The position numbers and the translations under genes were made by a program. Positions 40,384-49,618 of a stretch of 64,000 bases of DNA are shown here, piece by piece. Source of the stretch: Patescibacteria group bacterium (GTDB lineage Bacteria > Patescibacteriota > Microgenomatia > Levybacterales > UBA12049); contig BPJB01000001.1 of the NCBI GenBank assembly GCA_026004395.1, positions 969,226 through 1,033,225 on the forward strand, read 5' to 3'. A model generated the notes under the pieces. That model made no database searches. It was not told the DNA's origin and saw only the letters and a list, made by a program, of their open reading frames with translations. Numbering within the stretch: position 1 is the stretch's first letter; the number at the start of each line of letters is the position of its first letter.

Positions 40384-40781
40384 AGTTTACAAATGCCAAA
40401 AAACTCTAGAGAGTGTCGCTTTACGAGAAAATATTTTTTTTGTTTGATTTGTTTTTCAAGATCAGAGATACCACAGTCAAAAATATCTGTAATTCTCCCA
40501 CAATTTTCACAGATCAGATGGTGATGATCATTCCTTCTGAGTTCAAAACGAGAGCGTCCTTCTCCAAACTCAACTTTTTGAATAAGACCTTTTTGTAAAA
40601 AAACATCTAAAATCCGATATATTGTAGCTCGATCAATTTTTTCGTTTCTTGACTGAAGATAATCATAGATCTCCTCCGCATCCTGCGGATATTTTGCCCT
40701 AGATAAAAAATCCAAGACCGCAACTCTTGCAGAGGTCACTTTTAACGCTGAGTGGCGAAGTAAATCTTGTAATTTGTGCAT
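40368..40781 (-). CDS. Fur-family regulator, probably Zur
   Basis: ATIYR, HHHLICENC, CKLC; overlaps the ZIP gene start. Confidence 0.92.
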   Translation of the reverse strand: MHKLQDLLRHSALKVTSARVAVLDFLSRAKYPQDAEEIYDYLQSRNEKIDRATIYRILDVFLQKGLIQKVEFGEGRSRFELRRNDHHHLICENCGRITDIFDCGISDLEKQIKQKKYFLVKRHSLEFFGICKLCQQQ

Positions 40782-40850
40782 ATGTTAAAAGAAGAAGAAT
40801 CCTTTGAGGATTCTTCTTGAGTGTACAGAAATGTACAATCGAGCAAAACG

Positions 40851-40911
40851 TATTAATGCAACTTGTTTGCATTAATATCATGAGTATATGCAAATAAATT
40901 GCATTTGTCAA
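40851..40911 (-). promoter_or_regulatory. zur-ZIP promoter with two ATGCAA-N5-TTGCAT operators
   Basis: TTGACA(40911-40906)-17-TATACT; palindromes at 40851-40877 and 40888-40904. Confidence 0.8.
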
Positions 40912-40949
40912 GAGAGATCTATTCTTGACAAATTATTTTGTGTAAATAC

Positions 40950-40980
40950 AAAAAGAACTTCATATTCTGAAGTTCTTTTT
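40950..40980. terminator. Intrinsic terminator (bidirectional shape)
   Basis: AAAAAGAACTTCA-TATTC-TGAAGTTCTTTTT. Confidence 0.75.
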
Positions 40981-40999
40981 GTTGAGCAGTTCACTAACA

Positions 41000-41176
41000 C
41001 TAGACGGTTATTTTATTATAATCAGCTTCGCTGACAAATTTTGTGAGACTTCGTCCGTCTGATGTCTTTCCTTTTACAGCATAGCGAGTTCTTCCCTTTA
41101 CTGTATAAGTTACTTTATCTGTGACCTCTGCCTCAACTTTTTGTCGGGTCTTTACATCAAAAAATGTCATTTTCAT
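41000..41176 (-). CDS. Unannotated 58-aa basic protein, CC1/DUF5679-like
   Basis: MKMTFFDVKTRQKVEAEVTDKVTYTVKGRTRYAVKGKTSDGRSLTKFVSEADYNKITV; SD AAGGAGGTGA, TTGACA-17-TACTGT promoter, own terminator. Confidence 0.85.
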   Translation of the reverse strand: MKMTFFDVKTRQKVEAEVTDKVTYTVKGRTRYAVKGKTSDGRSLTKFVSEADYNKITV

Positions 41177-41324
41177 TTACCTCACCTCCTTCCACTTTTA
41201 CCCTGACACTCGTAAACACTCTCTACAGTAGGCAAATAGCTTCAATTTGTCAAGACCCTTTTCAATTCAATACCTTATACTTTCACCAATGCTTTTCTCT
41301 CCTTTGCTATAATCAAAGAGTTTT

Positions 41325-42470
41325 ATGGTGAAGCTTTTAACTAAACAAAATTTATTTTATGTTTTTGTTGCCATTATCTCAGTAATCTTGCTTATGACTG
41401 ACCTTACAAAACGGCTTCCCAATCTTCCACTTAGTAATGATAAACCCAGCTATTTTGTAGGTAAAGTCGAAGAAGTAATAAAACAAGGCAAAAAAACATT
41501 AAATGGAAGAGAATATTTTTTTCAAGATGTACGGGTAAGCTTCACAGACAAAACTGAGCAAAACCTTGTCATTCGACATGGTGGAGACAGAATTCTCACC
41601 CAAGAACAGATGCTGAGCAAAGGTCAAAATGTTATCATTGCCAAATACAGTCTGTCTTCCCAACCACCCTCCTATGTAATTATGGATTCTTATCGTCTTC
41701 ACTCTCTAGGAATTATTGCTGCGATTTTTTTTACTCTTGTTTTTATTATGACAGGAAAAAGAGGATTGGGCGCTCTTCTGGGTCTTGGATTTAGTCTTCT
41801 TGTCATTATGAAATTTATTATTCCGCTTATATTGTTAGGATTTAACCCACTTTTAATTAGTATTATAGGATCAATCCTAATTCTTATAGTCAGCATCTAT
41901 CTAGCGCATGGTCTAAAAGAGGAGACAACTATTGCCGTTATCTCCACAGGATTAAGCCTGATCATTACAGGTATTCTGGCAGTACTTTTTGTCTCCATAG
42001 CTCAGATGAGTGGATTAGGAGATGAAGATGCTTATTCTCTCCATACACAGTTTCAAAATGTAATCAACTTTCAAGGACTCCTTTTGGGCGGAATAATCAT
42101 TGGTACATTAGGAGTACTAGATGACGTAACAACTGCGCAAACAGCAACTGTGTATGAATTAGCACATGCAAATCAACAACTATCTGTCAAAACAATCATC
42201 AGCAAAGGTCTTAGGGTTGGAAAAGAACATATCACCTCTGTTGTTAATACACTCGTTCTGGCATACGCTGGAGCATCGATGGGAGTATTTATTTTTGTGA
42301 CGCTTGGAATTCAAAACAACTCCACACCCCTCTGGATTATCTTAAATAACGAAATGTTGGCAGAGGAGGTCATCAGAACATTAGCTGGCAGTATAGGGCT
42401 TATCCTTGCTGTCCCTGTTAGTACTGTTCTAGCAGCAATTTATGCACGTTATTCAGTTAAGATTGTTTAA
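41325..42470 (+). CDS. YibE/F family membrane protein
   Basis: GIIIGTLGVLDDV, VNTLVLAYAGAS, IGLILAVP. Confidence 0.9.
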   Translation: MVKLLTKQNLFYVFVAIISVILLMTDLTKRLPNLPLSNDKPSYFVGKVEEVIKQGKKTLNGREYFFQDVRVSFTDKTEQNLVIRHGGDRILTQEQMLSKGQNVIIAKYSLSSQPPSYVIMDSYRLHSLGIIAAIFFTLVFIMTGKRGLGALLGLGFSLLVIMKFIIPLILLGFNPLLISIIGSILILIVSIYLAHGLKEETTIAVISTGLSLIITGILAVLFVSIAQMSGLGDEDAYSLHTQFQNVINFQGLLLGGIIIGTLGVLDDVTTAQTATVYELAHANQQLSVKTIISKGLRVGKEHITSVVNTLVLAYAGASMGVFIFVTLGIQNNSTPLWIILNNEMLAEEVIRTLAGSIGLILAVPVSTVLAAIYARYSVKIV

Positions 42471-42519
42471 AATAATTTTCTTACATATTTATTACACACA
42501 TAAGCTAAATTAAGTTGCT

Positions 42520-42789
42520 ATGATAGAAGGGATGGACGATCCTGCCCTTCTTCCACAAGAAATTCATCTGTGGATTGAGCATCATATCACCAAACCAATA
42601 TCAGGATTTGAGCATAAAAAAAGACCTAATGGCAGATGTTATTCTTATTCAGAACAACTTCACGCCACACGGTATCAAATGCGTCTTATAGCCTGCTATT
42701 ATTTAAGACAAGGTCATCCTATCTCTAAGATTATTGAAAAGTTAGCTTTTTTTGCCTCCAAGGACAAAACGTCCTCCATCTGGTATTAG
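42520..42789 (+). CDS. Hypothetical protein
   Basis: 89-aa ORF only. Confidence 0.45.
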   Translation: MIEGMDDPALLPQEIHLWIEHHITKPISGFEHKKRPNGRCYSYSEQLHATRYQMRLIACYYLRQGHPISKIIEKLAFFASKDKTSSIWY

Positions 42790-42845
42790 TAATCTAAAAT
42801 TTTGTAAAAGAAAAATAAAAAGTACAATTTTTAGAAAAAAAATGG

Positions 42846-43127
42846 TCAAAAATTGGTGTGATAGATTTGAAAATCGGAAAAACGCTTTTTTATGTCCTGC
42901 CATTCTACTTTGATATCTTTCACCTGAGCAAGAAAAGGTCCTTTTCTACATTCTTTGATAAGAGATTCAATATCTTTCTTTTCTCCTTGTACTAGTACTT
43001 CAACGCTGCCATCAGGAAGATTTTGTACCCAGCCAGTAAGACCTAATTGTCTTGCATGGTTTTTGACGAAATGTCTGTATCCCACTCCTTGAACGTATCC
43101 TGTAATAACAATATGAGCTTGAATCAT
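42846..43127 (-). CDS. acyP: Acylphosphatase
   Basis: GYVQGVGYR, GWVQNLPDGSVE. Confidence 0.95.
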   Translation of the reverse strand: MIQAHIVITGYVQGVGYRHFVKNHARQLGLTGWVQNLPDGSVEVLVQGEKKDIESLIKECRKGPFLAQVKDIKVEWQDIKKRFSDFQIYHTNF

Positions 43128-43183
43128 TGAAGATAAAATAACTAATCAATAATTAGTTACTAATCGAAGAAAAACTAGATGTA

Positions 43184-43567
43184 TTATACACCATATTTTT
43201 CTAACAAAATATCAATATAACTATCTGGAAGTTGAAAGCTTTTCAACACTTGCTTATTTGGACGATAGCGATAACGCTCAATGGGGAAGGTGAAGTCTTT
43301 ATCCACAGGAATTCCCTCTGCTATCAATAAATCTCTTTGAAGATTTTTATCATGAAATCTTGTCCCTTTGATACTAATGTATCCATGGTTATTCACTACT
43401 CTCCACCAAGGAAGATCTATAACGCCTTCAGTTTTGTTAAGCACCCAACCAACTTGTCGAGCAAGTCGGGGGAAACCAGTATAGAGTGCCACTTGACCAT
43501 AACTGACCACTTTTCCGTAAGGCACACTTCTTACAATTTGTATTACTTGTGTTTTAAAAGGAGACAT
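43184..43567 (-). CDS. Alkyltransferase-like (ATL/MGMT family) protein
   Basis: GKVVSYGQVA..ARQVG..PWWRVVN (Trp in place of the catalytic Cys). Confidence 0.88.
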   Translation of the reverse strand: MSPFKTQVIQIVRSVPYGKVVSYGQVALYTGFPRLARQVGWVLNKTEGVIDLPWWRVVNNHGYISIKGTRFHDKNLQRDLLIAEGIPVDKDFTFPIERYRYRPNKQVLKSFQLPDSYIDILLEKYGV

Positions 43568-43908
43568 AAAATTTATTTTAATTATTTTAAATTTTCTAAC
43601 ATTGGTATTCAATCAAATACAATAAACTCCAGTTCATAACATTCTGAGCTTTCTCATAAATTCTTCTGATATAAGCTAAAGTTGATCAAGCAATCCAACC
43701 TAATAATGCTTGCAAGCTCAACATGAACAAAACATTGCATTCTTCAACAATAAATCTTGCTGAGAAATGTCTATATTGAGCAAATATCAAAAATTTTCTA
43801 ATTTTGCAAACTTATCTCTAAATTCGAATTTATGATATAAATTTATCTACATCCTAATATCTACTAATAGTCAGTTAATTTCGCAATTTGCAAATTAGTA
43901 CTCAAAGA

Positions 43909-44223
43909 TTATTTTTTTGCAGGAACTCTATTGGAGTTTGTTAATATTTTTTTAGCACTAGCTTTTTTTTCTAAATCTCGTAGTTCCTTTAACTTCCACA
44001 TAAAAAGAGCTCCTTTGTTCTTCGCATGAGAATCAATTGCAAAGGAGAGAGCTTTTTCAAGAAGCGAACGATGAACCTCCTTAGCAAGTTTAATATAAAG
44101 TGATTTATGTTTGTAGTCATCAAGAGCTTCAGCTAAATAAAGGCCAAATGTCTGAAATTCACGTGAGATATATTTGTCAGTTGTTGGATTAAATTTATTA
44201 AGAATAGATTTTATATCCTGCAT
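43909..44223 (-). CDS. Small hypothetical protein
   Basis: KYISREFQ..YIKLAK..GALFMWK; extended -10 6 nt before the ATG. Confidence 0.7.
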   Translation of the reverse strand: MQDIKSILNKFNPTTDKYISREFQTFGLYLAEALDDYKHKSLYIKLAKEVHRSLLEKALSFAIDSHAKNKGALFMWKLKELRDLEKKASAKKILTNSNRVPAKK

Positions 44224-44279
44224 GAGTATAAAGTAGCATGGGAGATCTCTCATCTACAAGTAGCAAATTTACTCATCTC

Positions 44280-44924
44280 TCACTTCGCGTTAAATCTGTT
44301 TTGCGCAGCAGTGAGTCCTTTCTCAAGTCCAAACTCAAAAGCTTTGGCGCATGTTTTGATCACTTCTCTAATTTTATTGCGATCCTTGCTTCCAAATGTG
44401 CCAAGTACATAATCTTCAACATTGCCTACTGTTCGTCTAGTTTGAGGCCTCTCTTTACCATCTTTATCTACTCTTTGACCATGAGGAATACCTATACCCA
44501 TACGAAATCTCCAAAACTTCTCTGTACCCAAGGCAGCAATCACCGACTCAACACCTTTATGCCCTGCAGCTGATCCACCAAAGCGTATTTTAAACGCTCC
44601 AATAGGAAGATCGAGATCATCGTGCGCAATCCAAATGTCGGATGGATCAATTTTGTAATAATCTGCAACTAACTTTACAGCCATCCCTGAATTGTTCATG
44701 AAAGTCTGCGGTTTGACCAAAATAACACGTTCTGCTTCAGGAGAGTGTTTTGGTTTCCAATCAATAATTGCAATCTGGCTTCTTAATTTTTTTTCATCTC
44801 TCCACTCTGTCTGATGTACCGGAGAATAATCTTTAAAGAATCTCTCAACCGCTAAAAATCCCAGATTATGTCTTGTATTTGCATATTTTTCACCGGGATT
44901 ACCCAATCCAGCAATCAATTTCAT
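44280..44924 (-). CDS. pth: Peptidyl-tRNA hydrolase
   Basis: GLGNPG..TRHNLG, KPQTFMNNSG, HDDLDL, GHKG. Confidence 0.97.
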   Translation of the reverse strand: MKLIAGLGNPGEKYANTRHNLGFLAVERFFKDYSPVHQTEWRDEKKLRSQIAIIDWKPKHSPEAERVILVKPQTFMNNSGMAVKLVADYYKIDPSDIWIAHDDLDLPIGAFKIRFGGSAAGHKGVESVIAALGTEKFWRFRMGIGIPHGQRVDKDGKERPQTRRTVGNVEDYVLGTFGSKDRNKIREVIKTCAKAFEFGLEKGLTAAQNRFNAK

Positions 44925-45037
44925 AATCCATCAAAAATTCTCTGTTTAATTATCAAATAAAACAGATCATAGCCACTATTACGATTAAGAAACATTTTTT
45001 TGGTCTTAGTCTTTTTGTAAAAATTTTTTATCCTCAG

Positions 45038-45469
45038 TTACTTATAGTACGATTTTATCTGGAATAGAAGATAAAAACCAATAAGCCCACCAATAATTGC
45101 TCCTCCAATCGCCAGAGCAACAAGAGATGAAGCCACACCAGCAACTTCTGACCAAAATAAAAGCCTCCAACCCGCAAATTTTAAAGCTTTAAGCTTAGGA
45201 TAAGCTAGAAGCATCAAAACACTTGAGATAAGTGTCAAAACTCCACTAAGAAGTACTGTAAGCGAATTTCCCAATCCACCAAGAACTGCAAGAGGAGAGA
45301 TACCTATAGTACCTAGTCCAGCAATAATACCTAAAATGCCAAAAATAAGAGCGATCCAAGGTGCAATCTTGACAAGGATCTCTTTTGCCCTCTTAGGAAG
45401 AGCTGGCGCTTTGGCAAAAAATCCCTCCATTGTTTTGATAAAATCATCAGTTGATCTGTTCTCTGCCAT
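45038..45469 (-). CDS. Membrane protein of unknown function
   Basis: Four TM helices, SD AGGAGGTGA, YLLFQIKSYY end. Confidence 0.8.
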   Translation of the reverse strand: MAENRSTDDFIKTMEGFFAKAPALPKRAKEILVKIAPWIALIFGILGIIAGLGTIGISPLAVLGGLGNSLTVLLSGVLTLISSVLMLLAYPKLKALKFAGWRLLFWSEVAGVASSLVALAIGGAIIGGLIGFYLLFQIKSYYK

Positions 45470-45561
45470 TATCTCACCTCCTTCAACTATTCTACAAACT
45501 CAACATTATTATATACTTTTGCTTGGCATATTTATAGAGAGTATATAAACTAAGTTTAGTT

Positions 45562-46956
45562 TTAGAGTTCTAGCATCATTTGAGAGGACTCTTCTGTGTC
45601 CTTTTCTACATCTTCTCCTTCTTTCCAAATCTTTACTACTCCATACTCTCCATCAAACCCCGGCTGAATATAAATCTCCCCGCTTCTTACTTTCAGAATA
45701 GCTTCTGCTACTCTCTCTCCTCCAACTCTTTGAATATCAGAAATACTTGTTTTTAAAAGCACCTCAAACTCTGTGCCAAATTGTTTTATAAGCTCTAAAT
45801 AAAGATTTCTTGTTTTCTGACTTACAACAGTTGAGCTAATAGCCTCTGCAATAATCTCAAGAAGGGGTACAAGTTTAACATAGGGAGGATGAAGTTTGCG
45901 AGGATCTGTGTACCACATAAGTCCATACTCATTTGCTCGTTTTAGCGCCTCTACCTTATTATCACCCGCAAGCTGTTGAAGCCTAAAGAATACTCCTTCA
46001 GTAAGTTTTTTATGACAAACAGGACAACTCCCACCTTTTTTACGTATCTCATCCGGTCCGAAGCTTACACGACATGCACGGTGTCCTGAAAAATGATATT
46101 TCCCTTCTTCAGGATAAAACTCTACCGTATAAACAACACGGTTAGCTGATGCAAACTTATGGTCCGCCATGCTCGTTCCTTGAGCTTGATCTTTATGATC
46201 GCGATCTTTACTTCTTAATAACTTCTCTCTGATGGCATCTCTTATTGCTCTATAAGATATTTCTTCCAAATCAAAAACCGTTGCTTCTCTTCCCATTTTT
46301 GCTGGGCTATGCGCATCAGAAAATGAAAGAATTGAGCGTGACTGAAGTTCTGAAATACTCCAGTTCATTTCAGGATCGGATGAAAGACCTGTCTCTATCC
46401 CATAAACATATGAACTGAGATCTCCAAAAGCCTCTTCAATCGAGTCAAAACCACTTACTGATCCATAGAGACCAAAATGTGGCGTCCAAACATGACAAGG
46501 AATCAAAAAAGCGCGTTCATCAACTTCAAGTATAAGTTCTAATATCTGTTTTGCTGATAAGCCTACGATTGGTCTTCCATCAGCTGAAAGGTTAGCACCC
46601 CTTTTGACTAACTCTTTATTTACCTTTTCTGCAGCCTCCACTGAGGGCACAAAAACTAAATTATGAATACGCCTAATTTTATCCGATTGTTTATAGATGC
46701 TAGAAATCTCAACTGACATGAGAAAATGCACATTTTTTACAGCATCAGTCCCTTTTTGCAGCCGATACAAGCCTTCTGCAGACTCTTCAAGAAGTGTTTT
46801 AATCTCCTTCATCCATAAAGGATGAGTCCAGTCAGAGCTTGAAAGAATATTTATTCCTTTTTCAAGAGCAAATTGTGCCATTACAGGAAAAGTCATTTGA
46901 GAAGAGACTGCGCGAGAGTATTTACTATGTAGATGTAGATCCGCAACTACGTGCAT
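45562..46956 (-). CDS. PHP-domain endonuclease Q family protein
   Basis: ADLHLHSKYS, GLSSD, SDAHS, GKYH..HRAC..CPVC, PGFDGEYG. Confidence 0.88.
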   Translation of the reverse strand: MHVVADLHLHSKYSRAVSSQMTFPVMAQFALEKGINILSSSDWTHPLWMKEIKTLLEESAEGLYRLQKGTDAVKNVHFLMSVEISSIYKQSDKIRRIHNLVFVPSVEAAEKVNKELVKRGANLSADGRPIVGLSAKQILELILEVDERAFLIPCHVWTPHFGLYGSVSGFDSIEEAFGDLSSYVYGIETGLSSDPEMNWSISELQSRSILSFSDAHSPAKMGREATVFDLEEISYRAIRDAIREKLLRSKDRDHKDQAQGTSMADHKFASANRVVYTVEFYPEEGKYHFSGHRACRVSFGPDEIRKKGGSCPVCHKKLTEGVFFRLQQLAGDNKVEALKRANEYGLMWYTDPRKLHPPYVKLVPLLEIIAEAISSTVVSQKTRNLYLELIKQFGTEFEVLLKTSISDIQRVGGERVAEAILKVRSGEIYIQPGFDGEYGVVKIWKEGEDVEKDTEESSQMMLEL

Positions 46957-47054
46957 ATAAGTATTTTACCATGCGCTAAATACTTGTACGCTATGCTCTT
47001 TATTTTTTATACTTTATATAGATCCTCCTATATTTCATCGACCTCTTTTTAATT

Positions 47055-47525
47055 ATGAGTGAATTTTTACGACGATCATTATTGAGAAAAAAAACGCGTT
47101 TTCCTGACGTTGTCTATGTTCCGCATGCAGAAACAGCTGCAAAACTAAGTCAAAATGCAGATGCTCCTTATCATATCTGGGTAGGAGAACCTCCACCTGA
47201 TGTTAATGCTACTCTGATAGAGGAACTACTCCCAGATCAACCAGATCATCAAAAATATAATGGACTTATTGAAGAAGATAAATATCAACAACCTTTTAAA
47301 ACTCCATTTAATCCGCGTGATATTCCTCCTCCAAGAGAAAAGAGCGCAAAAGGAAAAGTAGTGTTTACAATTAATCCGGATGACCACGATGTTCTCCAAG
47401 AACAAGAACTAAATTCTTTTTTAATAAATACTCAAAAACCTGTACCTCTAAGGCATAGCTCGTTTGAGCTCTTCTCTCGTATTCTCTCAGTAAGCAAAAA
47501 AATCTTCTCAGATGAAAAAACTTAA
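47055..47525 (+). CDS. Hypothetical protein
   Basis: 156-aa ORF, no recognisable motif. Confidence 0.55.
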   Translation: MSEFLRRSLLRKKTRFPDVVYVPHAETAAKLSQNADAPYHIWVGEPPPDVNATLIEELLPDQPDHQKYNGLIEEDKYQQPFKTPFNPRDIPPPREKSAKGKVVFTINPDDHDVLQEQELNSFLINTQKPVPLRHSSFELFSRILSVSKKIFSDEKT

Positions 47526-49282
47526 GATGAAGATTTATTCTTTTTAATTTGAGTTTTATAAATCTCAATTAACTCCTTAACCGTTGTCGCATCCTCAGGT
47601 TTTTTTTCTTTCTCCCTAAAGCGTACAAGACGAGGAAAACGCAGAGCATAACCTATCCCTTTTGCACCATTAGTTATCTCCATTCCTGCAGTATGAATAG
47701 GACTTCGTGTTATCTCATCTGCCAAAACTTCTATAACTATTTGCGGTTTTACCCAAACAGAAGGTGTGATAAGAGAGTTAACCCGAGCCGGTTTATGTGT
47801 AAGCTCTAGACCTTTGGTCATCTCTCTGATAGATCTCCATTCAGCATCTGTCAGCCCTGTGCCAATTTTGGTAACGGTTACAAACATGTCTTTTTCCGAA
47901 TCGTATACACCACAAAGAAGCGCACCGGCACCAAACTCAGCACGTTTGCCTCTACCATAGATATAGCCTAGAATAACACAATCAATAGTATCTTCTAGCT
48001 CACCTGCTGAGTGTCTTTTGAGCTTAACCCAATTAAAATTCCGTCCACCTGCTTCATAGAGAGAGTCTGGCCTTTTGACAACAACTCCCTCCAATCCTTT
48101 GGAAATAGCATCTTCCAACATCAACTGAAGCTCTTCAGGACTGTATAAAATACGCCCAGGAGAAGGTATGAGGATATCATCCTCTTGAACAATCTCCTGC
48201 ATCACTTTTAACCTTTCAACAAGAGGTACGTCAAGAAGTGACTTTCCATCAACATACAAAACATCAAAGACAAATGCTCGAAGTGGTAACTTTTTGGCAA
48301 TTTCTTCAATATTGTGTTTACGCCGCCTTTTTGTCGTCTCTTGAAAAGGAAGAAACTCCTCAGATTCCGGTTGATAAGCAAGAGCCTCTGTATCTAATAT
48401 TGCTTTTTTGGCTTTGATTTGTTTTTTTGTACCTTCTATAAGCTCAGGAAACATATAAGTCATATCTTCCAGATTGCGTGAGTACATACGAATATCATCT
48501 CCATTTTTATGGATTTGAACACGAAAACCATCGTATTTAAACTGAGCATGAACTGATTTGCCCATTTTCTCAAATACTTTTTCAGGTGTGGGAAGCCGTT
48601 CACAAAGCTCTGGTCTTACCGGCCTTCCGATTGTTACTGAGAGTTTTTGGATCATATCCATTCCTCCCTCTAAAAGAGTTTTCCCAATCAAACCCAAATC
48701 TGAAGTTTCATTGTAGGCTTTTTCAAGAAGCTTACGCTTGGATTTATCACCCAGAAATGCCTGCGCAAGACCATCAAGAATTGTTGGATCTCCAATACCC
48801 AAACGCGTATTTCCCAGAGCAATTCGCACCAAGTGCTTCACCGATACTGCATCAAGCAAAGTAACAAGTTCTGCAAACTGTTGAACCTTTTTCTCAACAC
48901 TACCTTCACCAGCAGTCTTTGCAATCTGCAATAAACGATCAAATACATCAATTATAGATAGGTTAGAACCACGTCTAGAATAACTAAGCCTGAGTTCATA
49001 AGCCACCAAACCTAAATCTCCTTTTTGGGCATACTCTTGTAAGATACGCTCACGATCAACTCCGAAAGCCTGATTGAGACTGGTAGCAACCATCTTATCA
49101 GCCATTCCAATCTCAATGGGAGCAAAAAAAGGGGCAACTCTTCCTTGCGTCAAATAAATAACCTTGTCTATTTCGTCTTTACTAAGCTGCGTAAAGAGCT
49201 GAGAGAGAATATCTATAAGTGTTAAACGTGAAGAAGTCTCTTCTAACTGATCAAAATATTTTGCTAATTCAGCAAATTTCAT
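47522..49282 (-). CDS. ATP-dependent DNA ligase (full-length, archaeal/LigI-like)
   Basis: N-terminal DNA-binding domain, KYDGFR, EGVVVK, WVKLK, LRFPR. Confidence 0.95.
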   Translation of the reverse strand: MKFAELAKYFDQLEETSSRLTLIDILSQLFTQLSKDEIDKVIYLTQGRVAPFFAPIEIGMADKMVATSLNQAFGVDRERILQEYAQKGDLGLVAYELRLSYSRRGSNLSIIDVFDRLLQIAKTAGEGSVEKKVQQFAELVTLLDAVSVKHLVRIALGNTRLGIGDPTILDGLAQAFLGDKSKRKLLEKAYNETSDLGLIGKTLLEGGMDMIQKLSVTIGRPVRPELCERLPTPEKVFEKMGKSVHAQFKYDGFRVQIHKNGDDIRMYSRNLEDMTYMFPELIEGTKKQIKAKKAILDTEALAYQPESEEFLPFQETTKRRRKHNIEEIAKKLPLRAFVFDVLYVDGKSLLDVPLVERLKVMQEIVQEDDILIPSPGRILYSPEELQLMLEDAISKGLEGVVVKRPDSLYEAGGRNFNWVKLKRHSAGELEDTIDCVILGYIYGRGKRAEFGAGALLCGVYDSEKDMFVTVTKIGTGLTDAEWRSIREMTKGLELTHKPARVNSLITPSVWVKPQIVIEVLADEITRSPIHTAGMEITNGAKGIGYALRFPRLVRFREKEKKPEDATTVKELIEIYKTQIKKNKSSS

Positions 49283-49618
49283 GTTATAAAATTATTGTAG
49301 CATACCCTTAGAGAAGCTATACTTAATCATGATTGAGAGTATTAATCAACAGCAAATGCGGCAACAATCCTATCATTTATTGCAAACTCATGGATGCATA
49401 TTGTAAAAAGATTAAATCTCAAAAGCCCACTTCAAAAATCTTAGAACCATTAGAAGTCATATCCTTTCAGCAGATACCCAACATTCTCAGATGTTTTCTC
49501 CAACTTAAAGGGGTAAAAACTCAAAATTTCAGCAGGATAGAGAAAAGCGAAACTATAATAAATGAGAATAAGAAAGATCATAAAATCAAAGTTATATTTT
49601 CATTGAGAAAAAATCAGA

